IMG/VR virus record: IMGVR_UViG_3300026382_000001
Direction: 5' to 3' (one strand)
DNA from: a virus
Taxonomy: Duplodnaviria; Heunggongvirae; Uroviricota; Caudoviricetes
DNA: 64,000 nucleotides
A program made the position numbers and the translations under genes. The notes below the pieces were generated by a model. That model did not search any database. It was given only the letters and a program-made list of their open reading frames with translations, and had not been told where the DNA came from. Of the stretch, positions 9,347 to 19,291 are shown in pieces; position 1 is the first letter of the stretch; every line of letters starts with the position of its first letter.

Positions 9347-12300
9347 CTATAACGTACATCCACCACCAGAACATCCTTCATCATCTGAAATAACTTCTTG
9401 GAGTTCTTCTGTATCATTATCTGTTTTAGTTTTAGCATAATACAATGTTTTAATTCCAAACAACTCTGTAAATAAATCTCTTCTGATTACTTCGGATTTT
9501 GGAATTTTTCCATCAGGATATTTTGTAAAATCAACATACTCATTAATACTAATTGCTTGGTCAATAAATTTTTGCATAATAGCAATAAGTTTCCAGTATT
9601 CTATAATATCTAAATTCCAAGCGGAATTATATTCATAAAATGAATCATATTCTTTTGAATTAGGAAGAATAGCCGTAATTTTCATATTGTTATCTTCGAT
9701 ACTATATTCTGTACCCTGTGGGGGATTAATTCCTGAGATCATGTTTCCAGGTCTACTAGAATTCGAACTAGGAACTGCTGTAAGTAAAGTACTATTTCTT
9801 AAACCATATTTTTGAATATCTTTTCTAAGAAGTTTCCACATGTCCAAAGTAATACTAATTGCTTGAGACATTGGTAAAGATTTTAAAGAGTATAAAGAAT
9901 CCACATTTCTTTCATAAGTGTCTATTGGTAATTGACCTTTAGAGTATTTAGTATCTTGGTAATAATTACATGATCCTTTTTCCTTAGCTATTTCATTACT
10001 AGCTTTTAAACCATAATAAAGAAACTCTTCGAATACAACTGCTGTTAATGCTCTAGCTTTTGGAGTATCGTAGTTATATCCATGCTTAGCTAACATATAG
10101 AAATAATTTCCTGGACTAATTCCAAGAGCTCTTCTATTTTTAGTAAACTTTTCAAATGGTTTAATATCCTGATAATCCTGTTTATCTATCATTTCGTCTA
10201 AGAAATAAACCATAAGATACATATTTTTTTCGAACTGTTGTCTACGTACTTTTGGATCTGTACTAAGATTACCAAAGTTAATTCCACCAAGAATACAAGA
10301 AAATATTTCTCCAAAATTTAAAGTAAATTTATTGGAATTATCAGAATTATCTAAGAAACTTAAATGGATATCTACTACCCAAGCATTTTTTTCATCAATA
10401 ACACCATATCTAATAAATCTATATAGTTGATACCATTTACCATCTTTATAAAGACCTTCTATAAATAATTGATAATTATTTTGATCTAGAACATTAATAA
10501 TATAATCCTCATCTGGAAAACTTGGTAAGGCTATCTCTGTACATAAATTCGAAGTATATACTGGTAAATTAAATGCACTGTGTTCTTGCATAGCCTTTGC
10601 ATTTACTTTATAATTTCTAGCAGTAATATATCTTTCATGAAAATATCTATCTTCTAAAGAAGATGCTTTAATAACTTTTCTAAATATTTTCCCTTCTTCA
10701 GCTAGTTTTTCATATTTAATATACTCTGCTTCGAATTCCGAAGTCCCAATAAGACTATATAATTCTCCAACATCATTTATATAAAATAATGAAATATCTT
10801 CGTCATTATCAAGGCGTTTTCTAAACACAGGATCAAATATAATTGCATGATCTGAATGTCTAACTGAAGCTTCGTCAGAACCTTTGTTATTTTTAAGTTG
10901 AAGAATATCTTCTATCTCAATATGGAAGAAAGGATAGTAATTTGTAATTGCTCCGGAACGTCCAGAATTTGGTTGAGTACTACTTCTAGAAATTGCTTCA
11001 TTAGCTTTTGCATAAGGAGTTATACCAGTATGTGTTTCAAAACCATTTCCAATATCTGCTCCTAAACCTCTAATGTTTCCTATATTTGCTCCAATACCTG
11101 CTCGAAGTTTAGTAATTAATTTATAAAGAGATTTACTACCATTTGCAATAGCTTCTATACTATCTCCAAAATCAAGACCTGAGCAATTATGGACTGCATA
11201 ATCACCTGCGATAAAAGTATGGTCGTCCTCCACTGTAATATCAATTACTTCTGTATCTTTATCTAAATATTCTTCTTTTTTAGTAATTTTAGTAAAATAA
11301 AAATCTTCTAAAAAGAAACCACCATTATAATGAATATTTTCTTTATAATTAAAATTATCATAAAAATCTTTATCGTAACCATTGGTATGTTTTTGTACGA
11401 ATTTTATAAATTCTTTTTCTAATGAAGCTTTAATATTAATATTATACGAATCTCTGGAATTTGGATTTTTTAATACATTATTTTTTTCAATATTTGTATT
11501 AATTTTATGACCATTTCTTAAATGCATTATTTTTAAAAGTTCTATAAATTTTTTATCTTTTAAAGATATTTTTAAAGTTCCAGAAGTTTTATTAAAACTT
11601 CCATCTCCTAAATAAGCACCTTTTAAAAAATATTTTTGTAATTCCGGTTCTTGAAATAATAAAATATTATTAAAATTATAGCCATCTTTTTTATAATATT
11701 GATCTTTAATATTATTAAGAATTAAATTAAAAAAGGTTTTAAGAATTTTAGAATTAAAAGTAAGAACTGCATATTTAGTTGGTTCGTAATTAATACTAAT
11801 ATTTCCATAAATTCCAAAATGTTTATAAATAGTTTCGTTTATAAATTCTAAATAATTAACCTCGTCCGTACTTACTGTAAATATAAAGGTTTGTCCTTTT
11901 TTATATGATGAACCTTCTGCTAAAAACCAACCAAAAACTTCCATTAAATTATTATCAATAGTAATAAAATTATTAATTGGTTTTATTAATTTATTTATTC
12001 CAGCATTACCATTATTTATATGATCTTTATCAATATTTCTAGAAACTATTTTTTCATCTAGTACTTCAAACTTTTTATTTTTAATACCTTTTTCATTTTG
12101 AATTAATTCGAAAATATTTAATGTATTTGAAATAATTTTTCTTGGTATAGGAATTCCAATATAATCACCAATATCCAAATTACCAGCCTCGTTATAATCC
12201 GCTATCGATAAATCAAAAATTTTATCTAATCCTGAACAATTATTTTTATAATAATTTTTAGTACTAAGGCAATATTTATAATTTCCTTGGCTTATGGGAC

Positions 12301-13237
12301 AAATTTTTCCAAATTTATCTCCACCAGATGGATTTCTAGCACATAAGATATCTTCTTTAATTATAGAAAATACTGGATGATTATCGGTACTATCTAAAGG
12401 TTCTTCTGAAAAAATAGTATTTAATTTTACAAATTTATTTTTAAAAGATTTGATAATATTAGTAACTTTTTTATAATTCCCAAAAGAAGTTAAAATTTCA
12501 TCGCCTATTTTAATGTCCCCTATTTCAATAAAATCAAATTCGTTTAATTTTATTAAAGTGTTTGGTTTAAAACACGAAGTCCAGCCTTTCATATTAGTAC
12601 GAATACCAACCATTCCTGGAGTAGGTAAAAATATATCGAATACTGCTAAAGCTTGATAAAATTCTAAAACCATTTTAGATCGAAATTTCTTATCCTTAAT
12701 AGTCGCAAAAATATATAAAGGTATTAAGAAGAATATTTCTTGTGGAGTTTCAATAGGCTTATTATCTCTTTTAATACTGTACTTTTTAATAAGTTGATTT
12801 AATCCTAAATAAGTAAATCTTAAATCATTATTGTAATCAATACATTTTGATAATTCATTTATTTCATCATCTGTATAATAAAAGAATAATTCTTTATCAT
12901 AATAACCTTTTTCCGCTCTTTCTCTAAGAGTACCGGCATTAAATTCTGGATTATAACTTCCATAAATATCTTTATAAAGATCTTGAAGCATAAGACGAGC
13001 TGGTGGGAATTGGGAATCGGGATTATTTTTATCTATCATATCAGCTGCTGTAAAAATAGCTGAAGTTTGAATATCTTTAGAATGCATTTCTGATTTAAGA
13101 CGTATTTTGAAATTACTAAAAATTTCAAAAGGATCCATATTTAAACCTTCACATGCATGTTTAAAATGAGTTAGTATTTTTTCCGAATTAAATGGTTCGA
13201 TTCTATTGTCTCTTTTGATTACGGTATAGTTCTCCAT
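9347..13237 (-). CDS. nrdA: ribonucleotide reductase class Ia alpha subunit with intein and N-terminal ATP cone
   Basis: VIKRD ATP cone, PTP, RAGIG, SNLCTEI, KTLYY, C-terminal CSGGGC. Confidence 0.96.
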   Translation of the reverse strand: MENYTVIKRDNRIEPFNSEKILTHFKHACEGLNMDPFEIFSNFKIRLKSEMHSKDIQTSAIFTAADMIDKNNPDSQFPPARLMLQDLYKDIYGSYNPEFNAGTLRERAEKGYYDKELFFYYTDDEINELSKCIDYNNDLRFTYLGLNQLIKKYSIKRDNKPIETPQEIFFLIPLYIFATIKDKKFRSKMVLEFYQALAVFDIFLPTPGMVGIRTNMKGWTSCFKPNTLIKLNEFDFIEIGDIKIGDEILTSFGNYKKVTNIIKSFKNKFVKLNTIFSEEPLDSTDNHPVFSIIKEDILCARNPSGGDKFGKICPISQGNYKYCLSTKNYYKNNCSGLDKIFDLSIADYNEAGNLDIGDYIGIPIPRKIISNTLNIFELIQNEKGIKNKKFEVLDEKIVSRNIDKDHINNGNAGINKLIKPINNFITIDNNLMEVFGWFLAEGSSYKKGQTFIFTVSTDEVNYLEFINETIYKHFGIYGNISINYEPTKYAVLTFNSKILKTFFNLILNNIKDQYYKKDGYNFNNILLFQEPELQKYFLKGAYLGDGSFNKTSGTLKISLKDKKFIELLKIMHLRNGHKINTNIEKNNVLKNPNSRDSYNINIKASLEKEFIKFVQKHTNGYDKDFYDNFNYKENIHYNGGFFLEDFYFTKITKKEEYLDKDTEVIDITVEDDHTFIAGDYAVHNCSGLDFGDSIEAIANGSKSLYKLITKLRAGIGANIGNIRGLGADIGNGFETHTGITPYAKANEAISRSSTQPNSGRSGAITNYYPFFHIEIEDILQLKNNKGSDEASVRHSDHAIIFDPVFRKRLDNDEDISLFYINDVGELYSLIGTSEFEAEYIKYEKLAEEGKIFRKVIKASSLEDRYFHERYITARNYKVNAKAMQEHSAFNLPVYTSNLCTEIALPSFPDEDYIINVLDQNNYQLFIEGLYKDGKWYQLYRFIRYGVIDEKNAWVVDIHLSFLDNSDNSNKFTLNFGEIFSCILGGINFGNLSTDPKVRRQQFEKNMYLMVYFLDEMIDKQDYQDIKPFEKFTKNRRALGISPGNYFYMLAKHGYNYDTPKARALTAVVFEEFLYYGLKASNEIAKEKGSCNYYQDTKYSKGQLPIDTYERNVDSLYSLKSLPMSQAISITLDMWKLLRKDIQKYGLRNSTLLTAVPSSNSSRPGNMISGINPPQGTEYSIEDNNMKITAILPNSKEYDSFYEYNSAWNLDIIEYWKLIAIMQKFIDQAISINEYVDFTKYPDGKIPKSEVIRRDLFTELFGIKTLYYAKTKTDNDTEELQEVISDDEGCSGGGCTL
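11186..12574 (-). mobile_element. 463-aa intein with LAGLIDADG homing endonuclease, inserted just before the Cys225-equivalent of NrdA
   Basis: starts CFKPNT after GWTS; block B TDNHPV; GWFLAEGS and KGAYLGDGS; ends DITVEDDHTFIAGDYAVHN then Cys. Confidence 0.93.
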
Positions 13238-13365
13238 AATTTTCCTTTGTAATTAATGATTATTTTATTGTATCTAATATATCTATAAAATCTATATGTA
13301 GCGTGTTAGTTATTTTTGAATATTTTTGAATATATTTTTGAATATATTTTTTTATTAAAAACGTG

Positions 13366-13511
13366 ATAACTATTAATAGTTAACTATTGATACCACGTGG
13401 TATCAATAGTAAGTATAGTTATCTATATACGTTTGTCTCTTTAGTTGATGGTATCAATAGTTAACTATTTATAGTGTGTGTATCAATAGTTAACTATTTA
13501 TAGTTATTCGA
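13366..13511. repeat. palindromic AATAGTTAACTATT repeat cluster 2
   Basis: cores at 13375, 13456 and 13485; 28-bp perfect palindrome at 13383-13410. Confidence 0.88.
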
Positions 13512-13539
13512 ATGATTTAGGTTGGTCATATCATTTAAA

Positions 13540-13578
13540 GACAGGAAATTAACTTAGAGAATATTCTCTAAGTTAATT
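13540..13578 (-). terminator. hairpin + TTTCCTGTC element
   Basis: perfect inverted repeat at 13547-13578 downstream of ORF 13588..14064. Confidence 0.78.
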
Positions 13579-13587
13579 AAATTGTTT

Positions 13588-14064
13588 TTAAAATCTTCCT
13601 TTTTTACCTTTTTTACTTTCTTCTCTACGTTTTCTATCTTTTTCATCTATTTCATCATTCTTTTTCTTAAGACTATTTGGAGTTTTTAAAATAGTTCCTG
13701 GAAATGATTGTGGATCATTTGTAGTTCTTCCTAAAACGTTTTCAACCTTTTCTTTAATAGTAGCTTGTTTTAAACCTTTGGAATTTCCTATTGGTTTTAA
13801 TGATCCATTTTTACTTGGCAAAGTATTTTGATCTGGCCAAACATTCGTTATACTTTTATTAGTATAACCATCTTTTTCCGATTTTACTCTACTTGAACCA
13901 GTAGTATCTTTATTGTACTTACGTAAACGTTTGATATGTTTCGTTAAATTATTTCTAAAAGGATCTGCACTTTTTAAAGCGCTTTTAACACGACCTTTTA
14001 TAGACTCTTCTAATATATATACAGCTTCTTCAACTAATACGTTTTTATTTATTTCTAATATCAT
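13588..14064 (-). CDS. basic putative internal head protein; N-terminus shared with 281..856
   Basis: shared MILEINKN...ILEES leader. Confidence 0.55.
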   Translation of the reverse strand: MILEINKNVLVEEAVYILEESIKGRVKSALKSADPFRNNLTKHIKRLRKYNKDTTGSSRVKSEKDGYTNKSITNVWPDQNTLPSKNGSLKPIGNSKGLKQATIKEKVENVLGRTTNDPQSFPGTILKTPNSLKKKNDEIDEKDRKRREESKKGKKGRF

Positions 14065-14083
14065 TTTATTTTCCTTGTTTATT

Positions 14084-15376
14084 TTATATTATTTTATTTT
14101 CTTTAATAATTGTCATCGATTTTTGATTAAGTACTAATTCTTCCAAACGTTTTTGAAGTTTAGAATCTATTTCGTAAAGTTCTGGAAACAATTGCGAATT
14201 ATAATTCATAGTACAGAATAGTGCTATAAGTTTTGGTAAGAACGTATAATAATTATAATATTCTTTTTCTCCAACATTTTGAATCATTAATGTTTTAAGT
14301 GTTGAAGTACTAATGTTTAAAATATCTAATATTTTTAAAAGTTCTGTTATGTCTTCAAATTTCTCTGGTTTGAACTTAGCAAAATCTTTCATTACTTTTT
14401 CATAATATTCCTTAGATTCTTCACCTTTAGAAATCATATTTTCGTGTCTTGCATTATCTTCGTACGGTGTTCTATTTTTTTTAGAATCTGGATCTTCTTC
14501 TGGAAAAATAGTATCTAACGATACTCTTACAAATTCACTTTTATTATTTTTTAAAATTTCTAAAGCGCTTTTCGTACTCATTTGTAAAAAATAAGTTAAC
14601 ATCATAAATTGGACGGCTAATCTAAGTTTAATAATTTTAATATCTTTCTCTGTTTTAATATCCTCTTCCGTTTCGGTTTTAATAGCTGGTTTAAGAGAAG
14701 AATCTACTCTAGAAAGAACTTTACGAAGTTGTTTGAGTAATAAATCTTCGGTTGTTTTATATACTTTAACTTTCTCTGGTTTATTTTTATTTGTAGCATT
14801 ATAAGCATAGAATTGTAATAATCCAAAATAAGCTAAATCAATTAATTTTAACCAATCTATTTCTGCCATAAATTTTTCAATGTATTCTTTTTTATCTTTT
14901 TCCAAAGAATCAATTTTAAGTACTTGTTGGGAAGTAATTAAAGTTTTAGTTCCTTTAATAGCAGTAAGAGTATTTTGTAAATCGTAAATGATTTTTTTAA
15001 ATTGATCTATTCTTCCAGCTCCACCATAATTAAGAACAGCGAATGGATTAATAAAAATTTTATGTAGTGTATTTTCTTTTGCTATTACTTCTACTGGAAC
15101 TTCAACATTGATTTGACCAAATACAATTTGATTTTTAATCATTAATTCATGAACTAATTTAGTTTTTTTAGAAGTACTGAATTTAGATAAAGCTACTTTA
15201 ATTTTTTCATTAACCGCTTTATAAAATTCTTTATCTTGTATTAAATTCATTCCCATTGAAACAGTAGTATCTTTTAAATAAGAGTATTGTTTTGTAGAGT
15301 TTAAAACTCCTTTATCTGTTCTAGAAGTAAGAGATTCTTTTAAACTACCAGAGGTGTTAGTGTTGGTCATATTCAT
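14084..15376 (-). CDS. hypothetical protein
   Basis: 430-aa ORF with SD; no motif recognised. Confidence 0.6.
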   Translation of the reverse strand: MNMTNTNTSGSLKESLTSRTDKGVLNSTKQYSYLKDTTVSMGMNLIQDKEFYKAVNEKIKVALSKFSTSKKTKLVHELMIKNQIVFGQINVEVPVEVIAKENTLHKIFINPFAVLNYGGAGRIDQFKKIIYDLQNTLTAIKGTKTLITSQQVLKIDSLEKDKKEYIEKFMAEIDWLKLIDLAYFGLLQFYAYNATNKNKPEKVKVYKTTEDLLLKQLRKVLSRVDSSLKPAIKTETEEDIKTEKDIKIIKLRLAVQFMMLTYFLQMSTKSALEILKNNKSEFVRVSLDTIFPEEDPDSKKNRTPYEDNARHENMISKGEESKEYYEKVMKDFAKFKPEKFEDITELLKILDILNISTSTLKTLMIQNVGEKEYYNYYTFLPKLIALFCTMNYNSQLFPELYEIDSKLQKRLEELVLNQKSMTIIKENKII

Positions 15377-15385
15377 ATTGTTCCT

Positions 15386-15706
15386 TTATATTAAATATTT
15401 TTGCACAAATTCTATATTTGGTACAAGTATTCGATTATTTAAATTATCCTGATTAAATTGAAATAAACTTCCGACGTTATTAGCAAAAAGTATTATTGGA
15501 TAATAAGCCATAATTCCATACTGTTCATGTGCTACTAAATCAGGTCTTTTATTATATTTAGCTCGATATGGGAGTACTATACAATTATCAAATAAAAATT
15601 GTTCTGATACCAATAATTGTTTTAGTAAGAAAGGCTTAGCATCAACAAGATTATTTATGACTTGATTATCTGGATCAATCCTAGTGGGAGCATCATACGT
15701 GATCAT
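15386..15706 (-). CDS. baseplate wedge protein, gp53/LysM-like
   Basis: RPDLVAHEQYG...YYPIILFANN...ILVP pattern. Confidence 0.7.
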   Translation of the reverse strand: MITYDAPTRIDPDNQVINNLVDAKPFLLKQLLVSEQFLFDNCIVLPYRAKYNKRPDLVAHEQYGIMAYYPIILFANNVGSLFQFNQDNLNNRILVPNIEFVQKYLI

Positions 15707-15739
15707 AGTATTCCTTTAATCTTTGGTTTTTATATTATT

Positions 15740-15751
15740 TAGTTCTTTGTT
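15740..15751 (-). promoter_or_regulatory. putative phage promoter, AACA-N6-TA (AACAAAGAACTA)
   Basis: just downstream of a terminator element, about 35 nt before the ATG at 15706. Confidence 0.45.
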
Positions 15752-15755
15752 AAAA

Positions 15756-15791
15756 GACAGGAGAAACCTATTGGAATTATCCAATAGGTTT
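15756..15791 (-). terminator. hairpin + TCTCCTGTC (variant) element
   Basis: AAACCTATTGGA/TCCAATAGGTTT stem spanning the stop of 15777..16445. Confidence 0.7.
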
Positions 15792-16445
15792 TATTTCTGG
15801 TCGTAATTTAGTATTATCTTTACTTCTACATTTAACGTGATTTAAATTCATTGGATTGGAACAATCCAATTCTCTATTTATTCTAGGAGTACCTGCTTGA
15901 GTTAAGTTTCCAGTTTTAGCATTATTTAAATATCTATTTACTTTTAAACCATTATCTTGATTTTTCTGAGACATTTTGGTTCCATGTAAACCAGTAGTAT
16001 TAACTTTTTTTTCTCCAATTATTCCATCCGTTTGATGTTTAATTCCTGGAGTTGGTTTAACTTCTTCTCCAAAAGCTCTTTCTTCAAAAAGATTAAAAAC
16101 TCTTGGTAAAGCAGTTTCTTCAAATATAGAAGAACTTGGAGTACTTTTACCAGCTCCTAATTTATCAATAATTGAATTAACATTATGTTCATCATTTCTT
16201 TTTAAATTAGTAAATACCGTTTTAGAACCACGAAGAACGTTTTTTTCAGCGCTTTGAACATCGCTTCTCATATGAGCCAAAGGATCTGAAACTTCACTTT
16301 GAACACTATTTACAGATGTTTTATCAAATGCTGTTCCTTTATCTTTATTCGCAACATTATGTTCGGTTATACGTTTAGTAATATCTTTGAACATTGTTGG
16401 AGAAGATAAAGGATTATTATAAGATTTCTCCAACACACTTCGCAT
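15777..16445 (-). CDS. hypothetical protein, possibly an internal head protein
   Basis: VLEK, IFEE and LFEE motifs; low-complexity basic C-terminus. Confidence 0.5.
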   Translation of the reverse strand: MRSVLEKSYNNPLSSPTMFKDITKRITEHNVANKDKGTAFDKTSVNSVQSEVSDPLAHMRSDVQSAEKNVLRGSKTVFTNLKRNDEHNVNSIIDKLGAGKSTPSSSIFEETALPRVFNLFEERAFGEEVKPTPGIKHQTDGIIGEKKVNTTGLHGTKMSQKNQDNGLKVNRYLNNAKTGNLTQAGTPRINRELDCSNPMNLNHVKCRSKDNTKLRPEIKPIG

Positions 16446-16454
16446 ATTTAATCC

Positions 16455-16844
16455 TTATAAACTTAATAATCTATTTGCTATAATTTCCGATTCTGTAAAA
16501 CCTTCACCAATTTCTGGGACCATACCTTCAGCTGGCATAACCTGATCTGGAGTTTCTTGAGGTTCACCTAAACCATCTTGAGTAGTTTCTGGTTCGGGAG
16601 TATCTACTGGATTTAATTCACCAGTAACTGGATTATAAAGAAATTCATTTCCTTGTTCATCTGTAAGTACTTTATCCGTATCTGGAAGTTCTTCCCCCAT
16701 TTCATTAACTGCTTCTAATAGAATTTCAGTAGCTAGTTTATTTAAGAACTTAGCTTCTTCTAATGTAACAGAACCATTTTTTTGTAAATTAAAGTTAATT
16801 AATCTAGTTGTCATATAATTAATTGATTCTTCTAAAATTTTCAT
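16455..16844 (-). CDS. acidic prohead core/scaffold-like protein, paralog A2 (of 18778..19215)
   Basis: shared KNGxVTxEEAxFLNKLAxE segment and C-terminal TESE(I/A)I. Confidence 0.6.
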   Translation of the reverse strand: MKILEESINYMTTRLINFNLQKNGSVTLEEAKFLNKLATEILLEAVNEMGEELPDTDKVLTDEQGNEFLYNPVTGELNPVDTPEPETTQDGLGEPQETPDQVMPAEGMVPEIGEGFTESEIIANRLLSL

Positions 16845-17404
16845 TATAATACTGCCTTTTTAGATAAATTTTTTACAAAGTTGTTACCCATTGAAAAATC
16901 TTTATGTCCTGGATGAGCTTTATTATAAGCTTCTAAAGAAGTTTTATCAGTAACTCCTAATTTTTTCATGTACTTGCTTGACCCTTGGTCATCTGTAATA
17001 TGAGTCTGTTTATATCCCGTTGAATTTTTATCCACAGCTGGAGTAGCTGGTTTATTATCAGTAGTTTCTGGTTTATTATCAGTAGTTTCTGGTTTATTAT
17101 CAGTAGCTCCGTGATACATTTCTTTAGCTTTATCCATACCAGTATGTAAAGCATCTTTTACTTCATCCGAATGATCCATTCCATAAGCAGCAGCTGCTCC
17201 AAGACCAACACCAGTAGCAATTTTACCACCATGATTTTTCAAAGTATCTAATAATCCTTCTTCAACGAGAATTTTTTCAATTAAGTTTAAATTCTCAGTA
17301 AGATATTTTTTAGTTTTTAATGATTCTAATTCAGTTGTACCTTCTTCAAGTACTTGAATTAAATATTCATCTCTTTTATTTTCTAAAATTATTTCTAATG
17401 TCAT
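16844..17404 (-). CDS. putative internal head protein with Gly/Ala hydrophobic segment, paralog B2 (of 18214..18768)
   Basis: ENKRDEY..VLEEGTTELESLKTKKYLTENL leader; IATGVGLGAAAAYG. Confidence 0.6.
   Translation of the reverse strand: MTLEIILENKRDEYLIQVLEEGTTELESLKTKKYLTENLNLIEKILVEEGLLDTLKNHGGKIATGVGLGAAAAYGMDHSDEVKDALHTGMDKAKEMYHGATDNKPETTDNKPETTDNKPATPAVDKNSTGYKQTHITDDQGSSKYMKKLGVTDKTSLEAYNKAHPGHKDFSMGNNFVKNLSKKAVL
17047..17106. repeat. 21-bp coding tandem repeat (TTDNKPE, about 3 copies)
   Basis: CTGGTTTATTATCAGTAGTTT units. Confidence 0.9.
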
Positions 17405-17424
17405 AATATTTCCTTAGTTTTTAA

Positions 17425-18150
17425 TTAAGTTTTTGTTATGTTCGTTAATATAGTTAAAATATTATTAAATTCTTTATAATTTATTCTTAAAAGTTCTATA
17501 TTGTTTTCTTTAAGAAATTTTTCTTTAATTCTATCACGTTCTTGAGTTTTTAAGAATCCTTCTAAACCACCAAAATATTCAACTGGTTCAGAATGCTGTT
17601 TACCATCATACTCAATGACAGTATTTAAATCTTCTAAATAAAAATCAAATCTATAATTCTCAAAGAGTTTAACTTCTTGAGAGTACTTAATATTATTCTC
17701 TTCTAGAAATTCTCTAATTTTTCGTTCACCTTTAGATTCTTTACATTTTGGACATCCAGAACCTAATTTATGCATATTTGGAGTTTGAAAAAAACTTCCA
17801 TGCTTTGGACAAATTATTTCTATTTTAGTATTTGTATTTTTAAAAATAATTTTTGAATAATTATACTTATTATTATGAGCTTTTTTAAAATCATTAATAT
17901 GTTCCTTTAAATTTTTTAAAGGTTTTTTTTTACTAAGTTTATGGCATTTTGGACAGCCATTGCCATGTTTGTGCATATTAATAGTTTGTAAAAATTCCCC
18001 ATGTTCCGGACAAATTATTTTTATTTTAGTACTCGTATTTAAATATTTAATATTTTTATATTCTTGTAATGAATTTAAGTAATTATATTTATCAAAATGA
18101 ACTTTTTGAAAATCTTTAAGGTGTTCTTTTATATTTTTTCTTTTTTTCAA
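17425..18150 (-). CDS. homing-type endonuclease with zinc-ribbon repeats and PD-(D/E)XK C-terminal domain (TTG start)
   Basis: 2 x CxxHG.F.Q....H..G.GCPKC; FDFYLEDLNTVIEYDGKQH. Confidence 0.8.
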   Translation of the reverse strand: MKKRKNIKEHLKDFQKVHFDKYNYLNSLQEYKNIKYLNTSTKIKIICPEHGEFLQTINMHKHGNGCPKCHKLSKKKPLKNLKEHINDFKKAHNNKYNYSKIIFKNTNTKIEIICPKHGSFFQTPNMHKLGSGCPKCKESKGERKIREFLEENNIKYSQEVKLFENYRFDFYLEDLNTVIEYDGKQHSEPVEYFGGLEGFLKTQERDRIKEKFLKENNIELLRINYKEFNNILTILTNITKT

Positions 18151-18169
18151 AATATTTCCTTATATTACA

Positions 18170-18207
18170 GACAGGAAATTAACCTCCCCATCGGGGGAGG
18201 TTAATTT
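18170..18207 (-). terminator. GC-rich hairpin + TTTCCTGTC element
   Basis: AAATTAACCTCCCC/GGGGAGGTTAATTT stem after the stop at 18214. Confidence 0.82.
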
Positions 18208-18213
18208 ATTTGA

Positions 18214-18768
18214 TTATCTAGGATAAACGTTTGGATTAACTTTATTTAAAGTATTCATTGCTGTACCTGAAACAACATTGTCTGGACTACCAACATTAGT
18301 AGTAACTTCACCACTTGTTTGTAATGTTTGTTGAGCTTGGATATTACGTAATTTAGCTGCTTCGTCTGGACTCATTCCATTAGTACCTACAACATCAGAT
18401 TGATTATTAATAGGAACTGGTTGAGTAATTACTTCGCCTTCTGGAGTTACTTCACCTTTATTTAAATAATCCGTTGGATTAGCTGAAGCTCCTGATAAAT
18501 AATCATGAATAGTATCACGATTATCATAAGCTAAAGCACCAGCACCTAAAGCACCAGCACCTGCAGCATATTTGCCCCAGTTATTAGATAAGTTAGCTTT
18601 GGCCGCATCCACTACACCTTCTTCCATAAGGATCTTTCCAATCAGGTGAAGATTCTCAGTAAGATATTTTTTAGTTTTTAATGATTCTAATTCAGTTGTA
18701 CCTTCTTCAAGTACACTGATCATATATTCATCTCTTTTATTTTCGATTACTTTATTTAATAATGCCAT
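18214..18768 (-). CDS. putative internal head protein with Gly/Ala hydrophobic segment, paralog B1
   Basis: same leader as 16844..17404 (63 bp identical); YAAGAGALGAGALAY. Confidence 0.6.
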   Translation of the reverse strand: MALLNKVIENKRDEYMISVLEEGTTELESLKTKKYLTENLHLIGKILMEEGVVDAAKANLSNNWGKYAAGAGALGAGALAYDNRDTIHDYLSGASANPTDYLNKGEVTPEGEVITQPVPINNQSDVVGTNGMSPDEAAKLRNIQAQQTLQTSGEVTTNVGSPDNVVSGTAMNTLNKVNPNVYPR

Positions 18769-18777
18769 TTTATTCTC

Positions 18778-19215
18778 CTAGAAAAGTTTGTTAATAAGGT
18801 TATTAACAATTGCTTCAGATTCTGTAAGTTCTTCTTTTTGAGTTGGTTCTGCAGCTTCTACTACCGGAGTACTTTCTTCTACTACCGAAGTACTTTCTTC
18901 TACAACTTGAGCACTTTCTTCAATTGTTGGAGCTTGTTCTTGAGCACCTTCTTCAATTGTTGGAGCTTGTTCTTGAGCTGGTTCAGCTTTAGTACTTTCT
19001 TCAACAACATCTGGTACTTCGATTGAATCTGGGATAAAATCCTCAGCCGCTTCTGTAATAACTTCTGATGCTAATTTATTTAAAAATGTAGCTTCTTCAA
19101 TAGTAACTTTTCCGTTTTTAAGTAATGATTCCATTACTAGTCTATTCGTAACTATTCCAGTAGCTTCTTCAAGTACTGATGCTACTTCTTGAGACATAAT
19201 TGTTTTTAATTCCAT
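18778..19215 (-). CDS. acidic prohead core/scaffold-like protein, paralog A1
   Basis: repeated VLEE/VVEES/TIEE/LTES motifs; very acidic. Confidence 0.6.
   Translation of the reverse strand: MELKTIMSQEVASVLEEATGIVTNRLVMESLLKNGKVTIEEATFLNKLASEVITEAAEDFIPDSIEVPDVVEESTKAEPAQEQAPTIEEGAQEQAPTIEESAQVVEESTSVVEESTPVVEAAEPTQKEELTESEAIVNNLINKLF
18857..18978. repeat. coding tandem repeats (21-bp VVEEST units; 33-bp EQAPTIEExAQ units)
   Basis: direct repeats visible in both DNA and protein. Confidence 0.85.
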
Positions 19216-19291
19216 AAGAATTTCTCCTAATTTTTTTAGAAATATATTTCACGTGAAGTATATTACTATAATTTATAACTTATTTCTATTT

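Noticed and set aside
13366-13511. Possible CRISPR array in the palindromic repeat clusters
   Set aside because: At most three copies per cluster, irregular or very short spacers that are themselves repeat-derived, and no cas genes in the window
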